A stretch of DNA of 64,000 bases from an uncultured Rhodobacterales bacterium (GCA_964627355.1 CAZVIS010000001.1:37086-101085); one strand, 5' to 3'; counted from the first letter of the stretch, positions 33,699-43,582 are shown. Notes: a model not told the origin generated them from the sequence alone. Numbers and translations: made by a program.

Positions 33699-34170
33699 AT
33701 GACGCCGCTTCTGGCGTCATTTGTCTTCATGGCAAAGCAAGTCTCGGGTCAGTGGGTTCGTCGTTGGTTTCGCAGTACGGCGAATCTCGTCGCGATTGTA
33801 TCCACGATGGCGGTCATCGCATCCGGCGATGCTGCGCAAGCGCAACAGGCGGGCGCGATCTCGTCACGGGTCGGCAAGGTTCTCGACGGCGATACTTTCA
33901 CCTTGAGGGGCGAGTCGCGTCGGATCCGGGTCTTGGGGGCTTGATGCGCCCGAATGGGACCAGTCAGGCGGATCGACAGCAACCTCCACGCTGCGCGACC
34001 TGATCTCCGGTAACACGCTGCGCTGCGATGTTCTGGATATCGACCGGTACGGGCGTCTCGTCGCGCAGTGCTTCCTGCCGGACGGCCGCGACATCGCGGC
34101 CGAAATGATCCGCTCCGGTGTCGCAACAGAATACTGCCGCTTCTCGCGGGGCTACTACGGGACCTGCTGA
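33699..34170 (+). pseudogene. Staphylococcal-nuclease (thermonuclease)-like gene, frameshifted in a G5 run
   Basis: Frame 1 reads ...GKVLDGDTFTLRGESRRIRVLGA and then stops. The +1 frame continues LDAPEWDQSGG...DIDRYGRLVAQCF...GVATEYCRFSRGYY. The two join at GGGGG 33935-33939. An N-terminal hydrophobic, signal-like segment is present. Confidence 0.7.
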
Positions 34171-34219
34171 ATGACGACGGGCAACCCGACCGATCGCGCA
34201 ACATGGCCTGACTCAAGGA

Positions 34220-34456
34220 GTGCTACGCTTGCTTGAAACCCTAGGACCTCTACTCGCAGGCCTTCTGGGCCTTCTGGGCCTCCTGTTCGTCCTTTGGCTC
34301 TTCATCCTGCTTCCGGCCGGTATGGCGAAGTCCCGTGGGAGAAGTGCCTTCGGCTGGGTGATCCTGAGCGTGCTGTTTTCGCCGATCCTGGCGTGCCTTC
34401 TTCTCTTGCTGCTCGGCAACAACCCGAACCGATCGACCCGCACGACCAACGACTGA
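34220..34456 (+). CDS. Small two-TM membrane protein (moron)
   Basis: LGPLLAGLLGLLGLLFVLWLFILL and FGWVILSVLFSPILACLLLLLL are the TM segments. AAGGAG lies upstream. The start could be the TTG at 34229. Confidence 0.5.
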   Translation: MLRLLETLGPLLAGLLGLLGLLFVLWLFILLPAGMAKSRGRSAFGWVILSVLFSPILACLLLLLLGNNPNRSTRTTND

Positions 34457-34503
34457 ACATTCCCAGGACCACCTTCAGCGCACGGAACCAGGTCGCGCAG
34501 GCG

Positions 34504-34923
34504 TCATGCCAGCGGGTCAGCCGTGGAATAGTGCAACACTATGGGGATCACCGCCGCCTTCAGGCTGGCAGCACCCTCAAAAGCCAAATCGATCGGGCGG
34601 GGTGCTTCCGGCTCGACCCAGTCGCAAAGGCCGCCCAGCGTGCGGTCGAGGGTAATCGCCGCGCCAATGCTGGCACAGAGGGTGTCGAAAGCGGTATCAC
34701 GTGCGGCGCCCTGCACGACCGCCTCAATCTCGGCGCGGTGCTGGTAGTGGTAGCGCAAGGGCGAGAGCGTGACTTCAGGCCCCCCCGGCTCACCATCACG
34801 CAGGATCAGAAGGCCTGCGGCGGGCACGCGTTCGGGCAGGACGTCACCGCGCAGGGCAGTGTGGGGCAGCACCGAAAGCCGCACGTGGAGCGCGGTGAGT
34901 ATGGTTTCGCGGATGCTGGGCAA
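34504..34923 (-). CDS. Head-tail / tail-completion protein (DUF3168-like)
   Basis: The TTG at 34923 is preceded by AAGGAGG. The product starts (M)PSIRETILTALHVRL. The call also rests on its position in the structural operon. Confidence 0.5.
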   Translation of the reverse strand: MPSIRETILTALHVRLSVLPHTALRGDVLPERVPAAGLLILRDGEPGGPEVTLSPLRYHYQHRAEIEAVVQGAARDTAFDTLCASIGAAITLDRTLGGLCDWVEPEAPRPIDLAFEGAASLKAAVIPIVLHYSTADPLA

Positions 34924-35214
34924 GTTGCTCCTCCTTTCGGTTGTAGAACGGCCAGTTGCGTGAAACAAAGAAACACACCTTTGGCGGGATGTGGCAGATG
35001 AGGGCAGTAAGATGTCGAGCCAACTGGTCGTCCTTTGGTAGCGTTAGGACGAGCAATAGATTCGACAAAAAGACAAAGCAGCTCACACCGGTGTATTGGT
35101 TGCTGGCGGTCAAATAAAGAAGTGAAATTTGGCTGCTCATACATTCCTATTCGTCTGGTGCAATGGCCGTGACAAAATGAAACGCAAAAAAGACAGAACG
35201 CAAAAGGACAAATT

Positions 35215-35841
35215 ATGTTTGGATTTGGAAGATCGAAGACGGACTATGAGAAAATTTGTGAAGACCCTAGCTCTGTATTCAAGTTGCTCTACGGAGATCG
35301 AGCGAAGACGTCGGAGATATTGGATGATGGTGATTTCATAAGCGCATGGATGAATAGCGGGAAACAAAGAGATATCACTCTTGTTATCAGGAGGGAGGCT
35401 ATTGCCGGAGATGTGCCGTCCTTGAAGCAAATGGTTTGGTTTCTTGAAAAAATGTACCAAGAAATCTCATCAGCAAGCATTGAAAAGAAGCGGAAACTTG
35501 AAACTCTTATCGCGATTCTCGGGGAAAGAGTTGGTCACTGCAATAGATTGATCGCAAATGGGATTCCGTATCATTATCAGGCGATGGTTTCGTCACACAA
35601 TTTATACAGGGCGCTCTCCGAACTTGGTAAGCCTGGCACGATAGAAAAGACGCGGGATACTCTCAATGCGATTGTCGAGCACGCTCAAGCTGTGATTAAA
35701 ATGGGCAAAAGCCACTCGGCGTTCGATGGTGATGCAGGGTTCATTGCCGACGCCGAGTCGGCTCTTCACGATGTTGATGATTATCGCAAGTTTCTAAATG
35801 CACTGGGAGGCAGTATTTCGGACCTTGATGAAAAACGCTAG
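35215..35841 (+). CDS. 208-aa hypothetical protein on an AT-rich (about 41% GC) insert (moron)
   Basis: ORF track. Two 60-nt lines counted by hand gave 40-42% GC. It is on the opposite strand to the structural operon. AAGGA lies upstream of the ATG. Confidence 0.7.
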   Translation: MFGFGRSKTDYEKICEDPSSVFKLLYGDRAKTSEILDDGDFISAWMNSGKQRDITLVIRREAIAGDVPSLKQMVWFLEKMYQEISSASIEKKRKLETLIAILGERVGHCNRLIANGIPYHYQAMVSSHNLYRALSELGKPGTIEKTRDTLNAIVEHAQAVIKMGKSHSAFDGDAGFIADAESALHDVDDYRKFLNALGGSISDLDEKR

Positions 35842-36476
35842 CTACCATTGTCCTGCATTGGCCCCCAGTTCGCCACGATAGTCCCCGGCACGCCATCAAC
35901 CGCTCGTTCGGCATCCCGCGCCAGATCCAGCCGCTTGCGCAGCTTGACCTGCGGCACCAGGAGGAAAATCGGCACGGTTGCAACGCCGCGTCCGGTCTTC
36001 GACTTCGATGCCACAGCCCGACCTTTCGAATTCAGCCTTCCCTCCGCCACCAGCAGGCTCGGCCCTCTGCGGCGATAGATGAACCTCAAGCGCAACCCCG
36101 TGCGACGTTCCCATTCGCCGGGGGTGATGCGACCGCCGCGTGCAGATTTCCCGGCGGCTGGGGTCGGGATCGCCAGCCAGAACCCATCCTTCGACCGGAT
36201 CAGGGGCCCGGCATCATGCGCGCCGACGATCACCGGAGCGTTGGACCACACCAGCGCCGCCGCGTTCAGGCTGTTGCCGGATTTCGGAAAGCTTGCGAGG
36301 CGGATGCTGTTGCCAAGCCGGGTGCCGAGCCCCGCGCCGGTGATCTGGCCCCGCCAGGCGGATTTCAGGGAGGTGCCCGCCTCGCGCATGGCGGCGGAGA
36401 CCGCCTTTTCCCCGGCAGCGACTTCCGCTCGCATCAGCGCGACGAGGTCCGGATGGAACGTGACCTTCAGCTTCAT
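35838..36476 (-). CDS. 212-aa phage structural-region hypothetical protein
   Basis: ORF track. It is overlap-coupled to the upstream gene. Confidence 0.5.
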   Translation of the reverse strand: MKLKVTFHPDLVALMRAEVAAGEKAVSAAMREAGTSLKSAWRGQITGAGLGTRLGNSIRLASFPKSGNSLNAAALVWSNAPVIVGAHDAGPLIRSKDGFWLAIPTPAAGKSARGGRITPGEWERRTGLRLRFIYRRRGPSLLVAEGRLNSKGRAVASKSKTGRGVATVPIFLLVPQVKLRKRLDLARDAERAVDGVPGTIVANWGPMQDNGS

Positions 36477-36787
36477 GACGGCCGAAGGTCCAGTGACCAG
36501 ATCAGGCGTTCGCGGTCGCGGATAGGTTCCCCGTGGATGGTGAAGCTGTCCGCCCCGATTACGATCAGATCGCCGGGCCGGGGGTCGGGCAGGTCGGACA
36601 GGCGCACGTCGACCATCATGGTGTCGCTGACAAAGCGCCCGGCCCCGAACTCGGTGATCCGGTCCGGGGCGCGGCGGATCACGCGGATCGGGCGTTCCTC
36701 CGACGTCGAGGCGGAGATCCAGACAGCGGCCGCCGCCATGGACGGGTTGGCATAGATGCGGTCCATGGCGGCGACAAAGACGGTCAT
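36473..36787 (-). CDS. Head-tail joining / head completion protein (104 aa)
   Basis: Called from its position directly after the major capsid gene, and from its size. Confidence 0.45.
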   Translation of the reverse strand: MTVFVAAMDRIYANPSMAAAAVWISASTSEERPIRVIRRAPDRITEFGAGRFVSDTMMVDVRLSDLPDPRPGDLIVIGADSFTIHGEPIRDRERLIWSLDLRPS

Positions 36788-36793
36788 GGCGGG

Positions 36794-37816
36794 TCAGTTC
36801 GAGGTCGAGATGCGGATCGCGATGCGCGGCCGCTTGTTGACCGGCAGGATCGAGGCTTCGGTCATCAGGTCGATCCAGCGGCCCTTCTCGTCGAGATGCT
36901 GGCGGGCGTAGAGCGGCAGCCCCATGGTGTTCGCCGCCTCCAGCAGGTTGGCCGGGCCGCCATAGGTGGTGAAGGTGTCCATGGTGCCGAGCGGGAAGGC
37001 GATGCCCTCGCTGGCCGGGATCAGCCGTTCGGCGACCTTGGTGGAAAGCGTTACGGTGCCCGCGTACTCCTCGAACACGATGCCCGCGAAGGGGAAGTTG
37101 CGCCGCATGTCCTGGCGCAAGGGCTGCGCGCCGGTGGCGGAATAGAACTTGTAGGCTTCCTCGGTCTTCGGATGCGCGATCAGCTTGTCGAAGAATTCCC
37201 GGCTGACGAGGGCGTAGACATCGCTCATGCTTTCTCCCAGCAGGTTGTCCTCGATGGCGCGCAGCACGTCGCGCACCTTGCCCTGCACGTTGGTGGCGGG
37301 CGTGCCGAGCAGGAAGTCGACCGCGATCTGGGTCAGCCCGAACTCGGTGAAGTAGTTGTAGAGCGTCGTCCCGGCCCCGTCCTTCACGATGCCGCGGAGC
37401 GCGTTCATCTCCATGTATTCGCGAGTCTGGGCGTGCTTGCGACGCATCAGCTGCAGCTTGCGGTTCATCACCTCGACCAGCGGGTCGGCGGTGTCGAAGG
37501 CGCCCAGCGCGGGCTGGCCCTGGATGTCATGCGGCAGCACAACATCGTCATGCGGGATCCACGGCAGGGCAAAGCTGCGCATCGACCGCCCCTCGCGTGT
37601 GCCGACGGTGGCGGGGCCGCCGAGCGGGACCGAGGGCAGCAGGTTCAGCACACCCTCGTACTGCTCGATGATGACGGACCGCTGGGTGACGCCTTCGAAG
37701 CGGAAGAGGCCGATCTGGCCGAGGCGGGTGTAGAGGTTGGGCAGGATGTTGATGGCCTGCGTCATCTCGGCCAGCGAATAGCCGCCAGCGTCGAAGGGAT
37801 TGCGAACGAGGGTCAT
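36794..37816 (-). CDS. Major capsid protein, lambda gpE family
   Basis: The ATG at 37816 gives MTLVRNPFDAGGYSLAEMTQAINILPNLYTRLGQIGLF, the typical capsid-E N-terminus. A gpD-like gene precedes it. Confidence 0.8.
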   Translation of the reverse strand: MTLVRNPFDAGGYSLAEMTQAINILPNLYTRLGQIGLFRFEGVTQRSVIIEQYEGVLNLLPSVPLGGPATVGTREGRSMRSFALPWIPHDDVVLPHDIQGQPALGAFDTADPLVEVMNRKLQLMRRKHAQTREYMEMNALRGIVKDGAGTTLYNYFTEFGLTQIAVDFLLGTPATNVQGKVRDVLRAIEDNLLGESMSDVYALVSREFFDKLIAHPKTEEAYKFYSATGAQPLRQDMRRNFPFAGIVFEEYAGTVTLSTKVAERLIPASEGIAFPLGTMDTFTTYGGPANLLEAANTMGLPLYARQHLDEKGRWIDLMTEASILPVNKRPRIAIRISTSN

Positions 37817-37862
37817 GGAGGGGCTCCGGGGGAATGAGAGGATGGGACGCCGACGTCGCGCG

Positions 37863-38243
37863 TCAGACGCCGTCGCGGGCGATGATGCCGACAGCAGCGA
37901 GCTGCGCGATCTTGGCGGCGATCTTGGTCGCGTCGTTGACGGTGGCCTCGTAGGCAAGACCTGCGCGCGAGACGATCGAGGGGCCACGGGTGACGACGAT
38001 GCCGACCGCATCCGCCAGCGCGGTGTTCACGGGATAGAGCAGGACCGCGACTGCGACCTGGGAACCGTCCGCCCCGGTCGCGGGCGACAGGGTGTACTTG
38101 CCGTTTACGGTGATGCGGCCGAGCACGGCACCGGACGGGAACGACGTGCCGATGAGAAGGGTGACCACCTCGCGGGTGTAGTTCGGGTTGACCTCGTATT
38201 TGAGGACATCGCCCATGCTGCTGGGTTCCGTCAGGACGGGCAT
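37863..38243 (-). CDS. Head decoration protein (gpD-like)
   Basis: It is 126 aa and reads MPVLTEPSSMGDVLKYEVNPNYTRE... It lies between the protease and capsid E genes. Confidence 0.7.
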   Translation of the reverse strand: MPVLTEPSSMGDVLKYEVNPNYTREVVTLLIGTSFPSGAVLGRITVNGKYTLSPATGADGSQVAVAVLLYPVNTALADAVGIVVTRGPSIVSRAGLAYEATVNDATKIAAKIAQLAAVGIIARDGV

Positions 38244-38304
38244 TGGTCAGTCTCCATGTGTTGGGGCGGTGGCAGGCGGCGAAAGGTTGGCGCGGTGCGC
38301 CGAT

Positions 38305-39597
38305 TCAGCGCTTGGCGTCGGTCGCGGTCTTGCGGGCGGCCGCGACGATGGGGCTTTCCTTGGCTGAAGCGGCCGGGGCGGTGGCGATGATGCCTGCCGC
38401 ATCGCTGCGGGCGGCGAGGTCTGCCAGAACCCTGGCGCGCAGGGCTTCCGGCTTCAGACCCTTCGTGACGGCGTCGGCGGCGTCGATGGCCACGCCGAGC
38501 CGGGCCGCCTCTGCGCAGACCTGCGCCACTTCGGCCGCTTCGGCGCGGACGGCGTCGGCGGTCATCGTCACCGGATTGGCGGCGGTCGCAACCGGTGCTG
38601 GTGCGTTGGCGACGGGGGCCACGGTTTCGGGGGGAGTTTCGGGAACGGTGGTCATCTGAGAACCCTTTCTGCTGGGGGACATGGTACCGCGGGGTGCGGC
38701 GGCGAAGGCGTGGAAGGCGGTCACGGGGTCGGAGAGATCGTCAGCCAGACCGGCGGCGATGGCATCCGTGCTGCGGAACACGGCGGCTTCGGTGGCGAGC
38801 GCCGCCGCTTGCGTCAGCCGATCCCCGCGCCCTGCGGCGACGGTTTCCGCAAAGAGGAAGCGCACCACCTCCAGCTGGCGCTGCATCTGGTCGTGCACGG
38901 CCTCTGGCAGCGGCTGATAGGGATTGGCGTCGACCTTGTGCGCCCCGGCATGGATGAGCGTGACGGCAACGCCTTTCTGATCGAGGGCCCCGCTCATGTC
39001 GGTGTGCAGCGCCACGACGCCGATGCTGCCGACCGCCCCGGTGCGCGGCAGGACGATCCGATCGGCCTGGGAGGCGAGGACATAGCCCGCTGACAGGGCG
39101 TGTTCCGCAACGAATGCATGGACCGGCTTCTGGACCCGTGCGGCGCGGATACGGTCCGCCAGATCGAAGGCCCCGGCGACTTCGCCCCCGAAGCTGTCGA
39201 TATCCAAAGCGATGCCACGAATGCCGGGATCAGCGAGCGCCGCCTGCAGCTGGGCGGCGATGCCCTCATAGGACGTCAACCCCGAGGATTGGCCGATCCA
39301 TGCGCCCCGGTGCACAAGTGTGCCCGCGATTTCGATGACGGCGATGCCATCGACAACCGCGAACGGCTGGATGCCACTGCGCTGGTGGCGCTGGGCGAGG
39401 TCATTGCTGAACAGCGATGTGCGGGCGGGCAACGCAGCTTCGAGCTGATCTGCGGCCTCCACCTCGAGCCCCTGGAAGGTGATCTCCTGCCCGGTGATGC
39501 GCGGCCCAAGGCCAGACAGGAACGCCAGCGCCTTGGCCGGATCGACCATCAGGGGCGTGTTGAAGGCACGCTGGGCAATCTGGGCGTGATGCATCAC
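38305..39597 (-). CDS. S49 (ClpP-like) head maturation protease / scaffold (gpC-like)
   Basis: IRGIALDIDSFGGEVAGAFDLADRI...AFVAEHALSAGYVLASQADRIV matches the SppA/S49 pattern. Confidence 0.8.
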   Translation of the reverse strand: MMHHAQIAQRAFNTPLMVDPAKALAFLSGLGPRITGQEITFQGLEVEAADQLEAALPARTSLFSNDLAQRHQRSGIQPFAVVDGIAVIEIAGTLVHRGAWIGQSSGLTSYEGIAAQLQAALADPGIRGIALDIDSFGGEVAGAFDLADRIRAARVQKPVHAFVAEHALSAGYVLASQADRIVLPRTGAVGSIGVVALHTDMSGALDQKGVAVTLIHAGAHKVDANPYQPLPEAVHDQMQRQLEVVRFLFAETVAAGRGDRLTQAAALATEAAVFRSTDAIAAGLADDLSDPVTAFHAFAAAPRGTMSPSRKGSQMTTVPETPPETVAPVANAPAPVATAANPVTMTADAVRAEAAEVAQVCAEAARLGVAIDAADAVTKGLKPEALRARVLADLAARSDAAGIIATAPAASAKESPIVAAARKTATDAKR

Positions 39598-41084
39598 TTG
39601 TCCTCCTTCCCGGCGGGTTTCTCGTCGGAATCGTCTGCGGCATCCTTGTCGGTATCCGGATCGTCGCCTCCCTTGCCGCTTTCTCCCGGCCCCTGCGCAG
39701 GCGACCCTGGGCGGCGGAAGTCGAGGCCCAGTGCCAGCTCGCGCTTCCGCTCGGCGGCGATCTCGCGGTCGACCTGTTCGGCGTCATAGCCGCGTTCCGA
39801 CAGCGCCTGCGTGCGCGATTTCAGGCCCGCCTCGATCTGCAGGATTTCGGCCGAGGCGTCCTTCATCGGATCGACCCAGTCCCATTTGGTCGGCAACCAG
39901 GCGCAGGCCTGGTAGTGCCGCCGCTGGCTGTCATAGCCGGGCAGGTCCAAGGCCCCCGACAGCACGGCGGTGTCCATCCAGCGGGTCCAGACCGGGCGGC
40001 AGAGCTGGAACACCATCACGCCATGCTGCCAGGCGGAGATGCGGCGACGGAATTCGATGAGGCTGATCCGGGTGTTGGAGAAGTTGCCCTTCGCCGTGTC
40101 GCCGGTCAGATAGCCGTAAGGCATGCCCAGCGCCGCGCCGATCTGCAGCAGGGTGCGGTACTGGAACGGCTCGTACGTGCCGCCCGAGTCCGGGGTCGCC
40201 GGGGTAGACACATCCTCGCCGGGATCGAGACGGACCACCTGGCCGGGTTCGACCTCCAGATCCTCTTCGGTCGGTTCCAACGGGGTTTCCGGGGCGGGTG
40301 AGGTGATGAACATCGCGAACATCGCCGCGATCTTCTTCCGCTCCAACTCGGCATCGTCATAGAGGTCCAGCGTGAACAGCTTGACGATGGCGGCAGCGAA
40401 CCGCGACACGCCGCGCAACTGCCCCGCCTCGACCGGATCGAGGACATGGATGACATCGGCGGCCGGGACACGGACGGTTTCGCCCGACAGCCCCGGATCG
40501 GTCAGATCGCCCGGATGGCGGCGCAGGAAGTGATAGGCGACGCGGCGGCCGATGCCGTCGAACTCGATCCCCTGCCGGATCAGTCCCGCCCCGGGCAGGG
40601 TGCGGTTCATATCCAAGGGCAGCATCTCGGCGGGCAGCATCTGCAACTGCAGCGGAACGGTCAGCCCATCCTCGGCCCGACGCGGCCGGATGCGGATGAA
40701 GACCTCGCCGGACAGGAACACCTCGCGGGCGGCCCGACGCTGAAGGCCATAGAAATCGGTCAAACCCTCGGCATCGGCATCATCGGTCCAGGCGAGCCAC
40801 AGCGCCTGCAGGGTTTCCTTCAGCGCCGCGTCCGTGATCGAGCTGGACGGCTTGATCCCGTCGCCGACGACATTGCTGGCGAAGGATTCCACCGCGTTCG
40901 TGGCATAGCCGTTGTTCCGCACCAGCCAGCGGGCGCGGGCGGTGATCGTGTCACCCGAGGCGGCAATCAGCGTGTTCACATGCGCGCGGCTGGCCCGGAA
41001 CCCGCGCAGGCGACGATGGGCTTGCGCGGCATCGAAGCCCCCGATGATGCTGCCGATGCGTTGGCGGAAGGCGTCGAACCCCAT
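39594..41084 (-). CDS. Portal protein, lambda family
   Basis: Called from size, position and NGYATNAVESFASNVVGDGIKP. Confidence 0.8.
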   Translation of the reverse strand: MGFDAFRQRIGSIIGGFDAAQAHRRLRGFRASRAHVNTLIAASGDTITARARWLVRNNGYATNAVESFASNVVGDGIKPSSSITDAALKETLQALWLAWTDDADAEGLTDFYGLQRRAAREVFLSGEVFIRIRPRRAEDGLTVPLQLQMLPAEMLPLDMNRTLPGAGLIRQGIEFDGIGRRVAYHFLRRHPGDLTDPGLSGETVRVPAADVIHVLDPVEAGQLRGVSRFAAAIVKLFTLDLYDDAELERKKIAAMFAMFITSPAPETPLEPTEEDLEVEPGQVVRLDPGEDVSTPATPDSGGTYEPFQYRTLLQIGAALGMPYGYLTGDTAKGNFSNTRISLIEFRRRISAWQHGVMVFQLCRPVWTRWMDTAVLSGALDLPGYDSQRRHYQACAWLPTKWDWVDPMKDASAEILQIEAGLKSRTQALSERGYDAEQVDREIAAERKRELALGLDFRRPGSPAQGPGESGKGGDDPDTDKDAADDSDEKPAGKEDK

Positions 41085-41087
41085 CGC

Positions 41088-41303
41088 TCACAGACCCTTG
41101 GAGGCGACGGTGCCCCAGCGACGACGACGCGAGGTGCCGGTGCTGGCGGTGGCAATCCGGGTTTCCAGATCGCTGATCGCGGTCGCCAGTTCGGCATCCG
41201 ATCCATAGGTGATCGTCTTGCCGTCATAGCTGACCGAGCGGACGCCCGCGTAACGTGCCTCCTGCAGCGTGGCGAGCAGGGTCTGCATCCGGTCCAGTTC
41301 CAT
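41088..41303 (-). CDS. gpW-like head-tail joining protein
   Basis: It is 71 aa, lies between TerL and the portal gene, and reads LQEARYAGVRSVSYDGKTITYGSDAELATAISDLE. Confidence 0.7.
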   Translation of the reverse strand: MELDRMQTLLATLQEARYAGVRSVSYDGKTITYGSDAELATAISDLETRIATASTGTSRRRRWGTVASKGL

Positions 41304-41304
41304 C

Positions 41305-43356
41305 TCAATCCCTCATGAAGTTCGGTGTGTAGGCCCGGCGTTTCCGCCGGGGCGTGTTTGGTGTTCCGGCCTTGGGCGGGGCGGGCGCGGGCGGGTCGGC
41401 TGGTGCCGCAAGTTGCGCGGGACGGATTTCCACCCCGGCCTGCGCCTCAAGCCGCCGCCAGGTCGCTTCGTCCCAGCGGTCGGCGCCCATGATCCAGGCC
41501 GCCGCCCGGGCATAGACCCGGGTGTCCAGCGCCTCGTTGCGTTCGCGCATCTTCTGCCATTCCTGGTGGGCGTAGCCGCGCTTGTTGCGCACCGTCACCA
41601 GCTGTTCGGCCACCAGCTGCTTCAGCCATTCGGTGTCGATCCAGTCGGGCAGGTGCACGGTACCGGGCGCGTCTAGAACGCCCAGCGCGCGGTCTTCATC
41701 CGAGGGGCGCTCCAGCCGCAGGAAGCGGTAGGTTTCGGTCTTGAATGTCGCCGTGGCCACCGACCAGAGCCGGGCACCGCGGCGCAGACGCTTGCCGCCG
41801 ATGGTCGCGTCGACAAACGTCGGCCCCGACACCGGGGTCGCGCGGTTGAACCCTTCCAGACCCTTGATCGGGCAGACCTGATCGAAGCCCTGCTTGCGAG
41901 TCCATGCGTAAACCGCCGGGGCTTCATAGCCGGTGTCGATCGCCAGCTTGCCGATCACCATCACCGCACCATTGGCGCAGACCCACGTCCGACCCAAGAG
42001 GGCCGTCAGCTTGTCCCAGCAGGCCGGATCGTCCGGGCCCCCGGCAACCACTATGTGATCGACCAGCCAGCTCTCCAATCCCCGACCCCAGGCCCAGACG
42101 TCAACCTCGATCCGGTCCTTCTGCACATCGACGCCTGCGGTCAGGAACAACCCGCCCGCGGGGATCTGCACCCCGCCATAGGCCTCACGGCGTTCTGCCA
42201 GCCGCTGCCATTCGGGGGCGTCGCCCGACTCGACCCATGTCTCACCCAGCAGGGTGTTGCGCGCCGCGCGCAGCATCTCTTCCGAGCCCTGCGCCGCCAG
42301 CCAGTCCCGCGCGATCTGTTGCCAGCTTTTCCAGCCAAGGGGCGAATAGAGGGCCGAGATGTGGAAGCCGATGGCATGGGGGTCGGCCGACACCGCCGTC
42401 GCGCGCCACTCGCCCCGTTCCAGCATCTGCGTCTTGTGATGCTCGGCGATTGGCTTCTCACACCCCTCGCAGTGATAGGCCGCCGTGTCGGGCCGCCCCT
42501 TGTCCCAGCGCAGCCGTTCGAATTGCAGCCACTGCATCGCGCCGCAATGTGGGCAGGGCACGAAGTACCGCCGCTGGTCGGACGCCTCGAACTCGCGCTC
42601 GATCCGGCTCAGCCCCCGGATGGTGGGCGTCGAGACGATGAACACCTTGCGGCGATGCGAGAAGGTGGTGGTCCGGGCTTCGGCGAGTGTGACCGGATCA
42701 CCTTCCTCGTCGGCCGAGGCGGGATAGGCGTCGACCTCATCCAGAAAGATGTAGCGCGCAGGCATCGAGCGCAGGCCGGTCGCGGAGTTGGCGCCGGTCA
42801 GCACCAGGATGCCGCCGGGGAATTCTTTCGACAACATCGAATTGCCCGCGTCGCGCGACCGGGCCGGGTTTACGCGTTCCCGCAGGGCCGGGCTGTCCGC
42901 GATCAGCGGGTCGAGCCGCCCCCGCGACGTGCGTTTGGCCATCTCGACCGTCGGCAGCACCGCCAGCATCGGCCCCGGCGCATGGTGGATGACGAAACCG
43001 ATCCAGTTGTTGCCCGCCTCGGTCGCGCCGACCTGTGCGGCCTTCATGAAGCTGACCCGCTGCGCCGGGTGGCGGGGCGACAGCGCATCCATGATCTCAC
43101 GCAGGTAGGGCGCGCGGGCGGTGCGATACCGCCCCGGTTCGGCTGCACCACGCGACGAGAGCCAGCGATGCGCATCCGCCCATTCCGACACCGTCAGGTC
43201 CGGATCGGGCCGCATCCCTCGGCGCCAAGCGCGCAGGATGTCTTCGGCCCCGTCGAATCCGAGGTCGAGGTCTTCGGTCAGCTCATCGTCGACCGTATCG
43301 TCACTATCCGAGGCTGACCCGGAGATCGGCGAGGGCGTCGAGTTGCGCTCTGACAT
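41305..43356 (-). CDS. terL: Terminase large subunit (GpA-like)
   Basis: It is 683 aa, with RVSFMKAAQVGATEAGNNWIG (Walker A-like) and ARYIFLDEVDAYP. Confidence 0.85.
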   Translation of the reverse strand: MSERNSTPSPISGSASDSDDTVDDELTEDLDLGFDGAEDILRAWRRGMRPDPDLTVSEWADAHRWLSSRGAAEPGRYRTARAPYLREIMDALSPRHPAQRVSFMKAAQVGATEAGNNWIGFVIHHAPGPMLAVLPTVEMAKRTSRGRLDPLIADSPALRERVNPARSRDAGNSMLSKEFPGGILVLTGANSATGLRSMPARYIFLDEVDAYPASADEEGDPVTLAEARTTTFSHRRKVFIVSTPTIRGLSRIEREFEASDQRRYFVPCPHCGAMQWLQFERLRWDKGRPDTAAYHCEGCEKPIAEHHKTQMLERGEWRATAVSADPHAIGFHISALYSPLGWKSWQQIARDWLAAQGSEEMLRAARNTLLGETWVESGDAPEWQRLAERREAYGGVQIPAGGLFLTAGVDVQKDRIEVDVWAWGRGLESWLVDHIVVAGGPDDPACWDKLTALLGRTWVCANGAVMVIGKLAIDTGYEAPAVYAWTRKQGFDQVCPIKGLEGFNRATPVSGPTFVDATIGGKRLRRGARLWSVATATFKTETYRFLRLERPSDEDRALGVLDAPGTVHLPDWIDTEWLKQLVAEQLVTVRNKRGYAHQEWQKMRERNEALDTRVYARAAAWIMGADRWDEATWRRLEAQAGVEIRPAQLAAPADPPAPAPPKAGTPNTPRRKRRAYTPNFMRD

Positions 43357-43537
43357 GGGCTTCCAGCACCCTCTGCAGGATCGCGGCCTCGATGATCACC
43401 GGTTTTGCCGTTTGTTTTTCGACCTCCGCAGCCACTTCGGCCGCCATCAGCGCCGCCACCCGGGCAGGCCAGGTGACCCAAGCATCGCGTTCCTGCCGCG
43501 CGAGGCGGAACACCAGCGTTTCCGCCCGGGCGCGCAA
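43304..43537 (-). pseudogene. Duplicated 3' fragment of the small terminase gene
   Basis: RARAETLVFRLARQERDAWVTWPARVAALMAAEVAAEVEKQTAKPVIIEAAILQRVLEAHVRAQLDALADLRVSLG is nearly identical to the C-terminus of the product of 44155-44691. Confidence 0.8.
43316..43534. repeat. 219-bp direct repeat, left copy (TerS 3' end plus TerL 5' end)
   Basis: A hand alignment to 44167-44385 gave 14 mismatches in 219 positions and no gaps. Confidence 0.85.
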
Positions 43538-43582
43538 TGCGACCCAGCGCACGTTGTCCCATCGCAATTCACAAGTCTTCAG

